Shown here piece after piece: positions 55,738-57,543 of a DNA stretch of 57,543 bases; the first letter of the stretch is position 1, and each line of letters opens with the position of its first letter. The stretch spans positions 1 to 57,543 of the forward strand of contig JBKPCB010000063.1 of assembly GCA_046727155.1 (NCBI GenBank). The letters are read 5' to 3'. The notes under the pieces were generated by a model. That model was not told where the DNA came from. It worked only from the letters and a program-made list of their open reading frames with translations, and did no database searches. The stretch comes from Candidatus Methylomirabilota bacterium (GTDB taxonomy: Bacteria > Methylomirabilota > Methylomirabilia > Rokubacteriales > CSP1-6). A program made the translations under genes and the position numbers.

Positions 55738-56778
55738 ATGGCCGAGCGCGCTCGATCAGTCACGAGCTCCGCCGGGCAGCGCGTCAAGCGCAAGGTCATC
55801 GTCGCCCTGGCGCTGACGACCTTCGTTCCGCTGCTCGTCGTCACCTACTGCCTGTACGCCTACACGTGGCCGTTCCTGACCCCGGAGCGCCAGGCCCAGG
55901 ACCTGCCGTGGATGCTGCTTCTTCTCGCTTTCACCGGCGTCATGATGGCCGCCGGCAGCTTCATGCTCTGGGATCTCGCCAAGTCCGTGGCGCGCACCAC
56001 CGAAGCCGTCACGGGGGCGAAGAAGCCCTCCCTGGCGAGCCCGCAGCCGGCGGCCGGCTCCAATCCCGAGCGCGAAGCGGTGAGACAGTACGTCCAGCAG
56101 AACGACGAAGTGGATGCCCTGATGCTCTCATTCTCGCGGATGCTCAGCACCATCGAGCAGCAAGCCGCCGATGTCAACCAGTACTCGCAACGGCTGGACG
56201 CGGCCTACAAGGAGCTCGAATCGACGAACGCCCGTCTGAAGGAGTTCTCGTTCAAGGACGAGGTGACGGGCCTGTACAACCGACGCTTTTTCTCGATCCG
56301 GCTCGAGGAAGAAGTCTCCCGCTATCGCCGCTTCAACCACCCCGTGTCGGTGGTCCTCCTGGACCTGGATGGCTTCAAGGCCGTCAACGACGACCTCGGC
56401 CACGCGGCGGGGGACGAAACGCTTCGCGGCATGGCCGACATCCTGCTCAAGCAGTCGCGCGGGATCAACGTGATCTGCCGGTACGGGGGCGACGAGTTCG
56501 CAGTCCTGCTCGTGGAGACGTCGAAGAACGGCGCGAGGCTGTACGCGGACCGCATCCGATACATCCTGTCCAGCTCGACGTTCGGCCACGGGCGCCGCGT
56601 GACGGCCAGCTTCGGCATCGCCTCGCTACCGGAAGACGTGACCCCTTCGACCGAGGAGCTGATCCGGGCCGCCGACGAGGCGCTCTACGCAGCCAAGCGG
56701 GCGGGCAAGAACCGCGTGTCCGTGCATGAGGACATCAGCGCAACCCCGACCGTGCGGCCGGGCGCCAAGGTGGAATGA
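55738..56778 (+). CDS. Membrane diguanylate cyclase (2 TM + coiled coil + GGDEF)
   Basis: Two hydrophobic segments; DEVTGLYNRR, DLDGFKAVND, GDETL, RYGGDEF, ADEALYAAK. Confidence 0.93.
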   Translation: MAERARSVTSSAGQRVKRKVIVALALTTFVPLLVVTYCLYAYTWPFLTPERQAQDLPWMLLLLAFTGVMMAAGSFMLWDLAKSVARTTEAVTGAKKPSLASPQPAAGSNPEREAVRQYVQQNDEVDALMLSFSRMLSTIEQQAADVNQYSQRLDAAYKELESTNARLKEFSFKDEVTGLYNRRFFSIRLEEEVSRYRRFNHPVSVVLLDLDGFKAVNDDLGHAAGDETLRGMADILLKQSRGINVICRYGGDEFAVLLVETSKNGARLYADRIRYILSSSTFGHGRRVTASFGIASLPEDVTPSTEELIRAADEALYAAKRAGKNRVSVHEDISATPTVRPGAKVE

Positions 56779-57543
56779 GCCCGTCCGCGATACAGAAGCA
56801 CATCCTGATCGTAGAGGACGACCGACAGGTCCAGGCGGCGCTCTACGAGGTTTTCGTTTCAAACGGCTACTCCTGCCAGGTGAGCAGCAACGGCCTCGAA
56901 GGGCTTCGCGTCTTCGAGGCCTCGCGCCCCCCGCTCACAATCACCGATATCAAGATGCCGGTGATGGACGGCCTGCAGTTCCTCAAGCACGTCAAGGCCA
57001 ACGAGAGCGATGCCGCAGTGATCGTGCTGACCGGCGTCGGGGACGTCAAGACGGCCGTGGAGAGCCTCAAGTACGGCGCTTACGACTTCATCATGAAGCC
57101 CGTCAACATGGACCAGATCCTGCTGGCCGCCGAACGGGCTCTCGAGCGGCGGCAGCTGCTGATCGAGCGGCGCGAGTACGAAGTCTTGCTGGAGCGGCGC
57201 GTCGCCGAGGCGACTCGCGACCTGGCGCGCACGCTCGAGGAGCTCGAGGCCACCTACCAAGCCACGCTCGAAGCCCTGGGCTCGGCCATCGAAACCCGAG
57301 ACGTGGGCACGGAGCTGCACTCGCGCCGCGTGCACGAATACACGCTGACGATCGCGCGCGCCCATCGGATGACGGACAGCGAGCTGCGCCCGCTGGCCAA
57401 AGGAGTCCTCCTCCACGCCATCGGCAAGATCGGCATCCCCGACGCCATCCTGCTCAAGCCCGGCCCGCTCACCGCGGAGGAGTGGCGGACCATGCGCACT
57501 CATCCCGACCTGGGCCGTCGAATCCTCGAGCGCATTCCGTTCC
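56775..57543 (+). CDS. REC + HD-GYP (RpfG-like) protein, truncated by window end; absent from the ORF track
   Basis: ATGA overlap; my translation gives HILIVEDD, TDIKMPVMDG, IMKP, then TRDVGTELHSRRV, LLHAIGKIGIPDAILLKPGPLT, HPDLG. Confidence 0.9.
   Translation, partial: MSPSAIQKHILIVEDDRQVQAALYEVFVSNGYSCQVSSNGLEGLRVFEASRPPLTITDIKMPVMDGLQFLKHVKANESDAAVIVLTGVGDVKTAVESLKYGAYDFIMKPVNMDQILLAAERALERRQLLIERREYEVLLERRVAEATRDLARTLEELEATYQATLEALGSAIETRDVGTELHSRRVHEYTLTIARAHRMTDSELRPLAKGVLLHAIGKIGIPDAILLKPGPLTAEEWRTMRTHPDLGRRILERIPF

Overview
GC-rich, gene-dense bacterial chromosomal window with no rRNA, tRNA, CRISPR, transposase or phage genes that I can see. The gene content (giant multi-GAF kinase, F420 genes, urt/ure, sigma54) would fit a Rokubacteria/Methylomirabilota-like organism, but that is inference only. 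Left to right: (1) end of a GT4 glycosyltransferase and an MsbA-like exporter; (2) a 2120-aa soluble hybrid histidine kinase with nine tandem GAF modules, a single-domain response regulator and a frameshifted DHp-REC-class III cyclase; (3) DUF4197 and arsR-arsI-acr3-arsC; (4) nadE, a Zn-ribbon protein and a LOG protein; (5) a Pho locus (MBL hydrolase, phoB-phoR-second phoB, pstSCAB-phoU) with two Pho-box arrays; (6) a nitrogen supercluster (sigma54 activator, REC protein, glnK-amtB-glnA, ANTAR regulator, urtABCDE-ureABCEFGD, stand-alone Fis/NtrC-type HTH); (7) an esterase and an F420 cluster (LLM, PPOX, cofG, cofH, hup, GNAT-like, cofD, cofC, cofE, npdG, Ldh_2); (8) HAD, an IscS-like protein lacking the PLP lysine, tusA, a GGDEF protein and a truncated REC-HD-GYP gene. 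The strongest unexplained structure is non-coding. There are five sigma54 -24/-12 promoters, four of them with paired 17-bp NtrC-like palindromes. ANTAR-type dual hexaloop hairpins sit in two leaders, and one of these leaders has an overlapping terminator controlling a stand-alone NtrC-like DNA-binding domain. Together these suggest a layered feed-forward/feedback nitrogen circuit. About a dozen genes also look leaderless. Family calls come from motif recognition by eye; no database searches were run.
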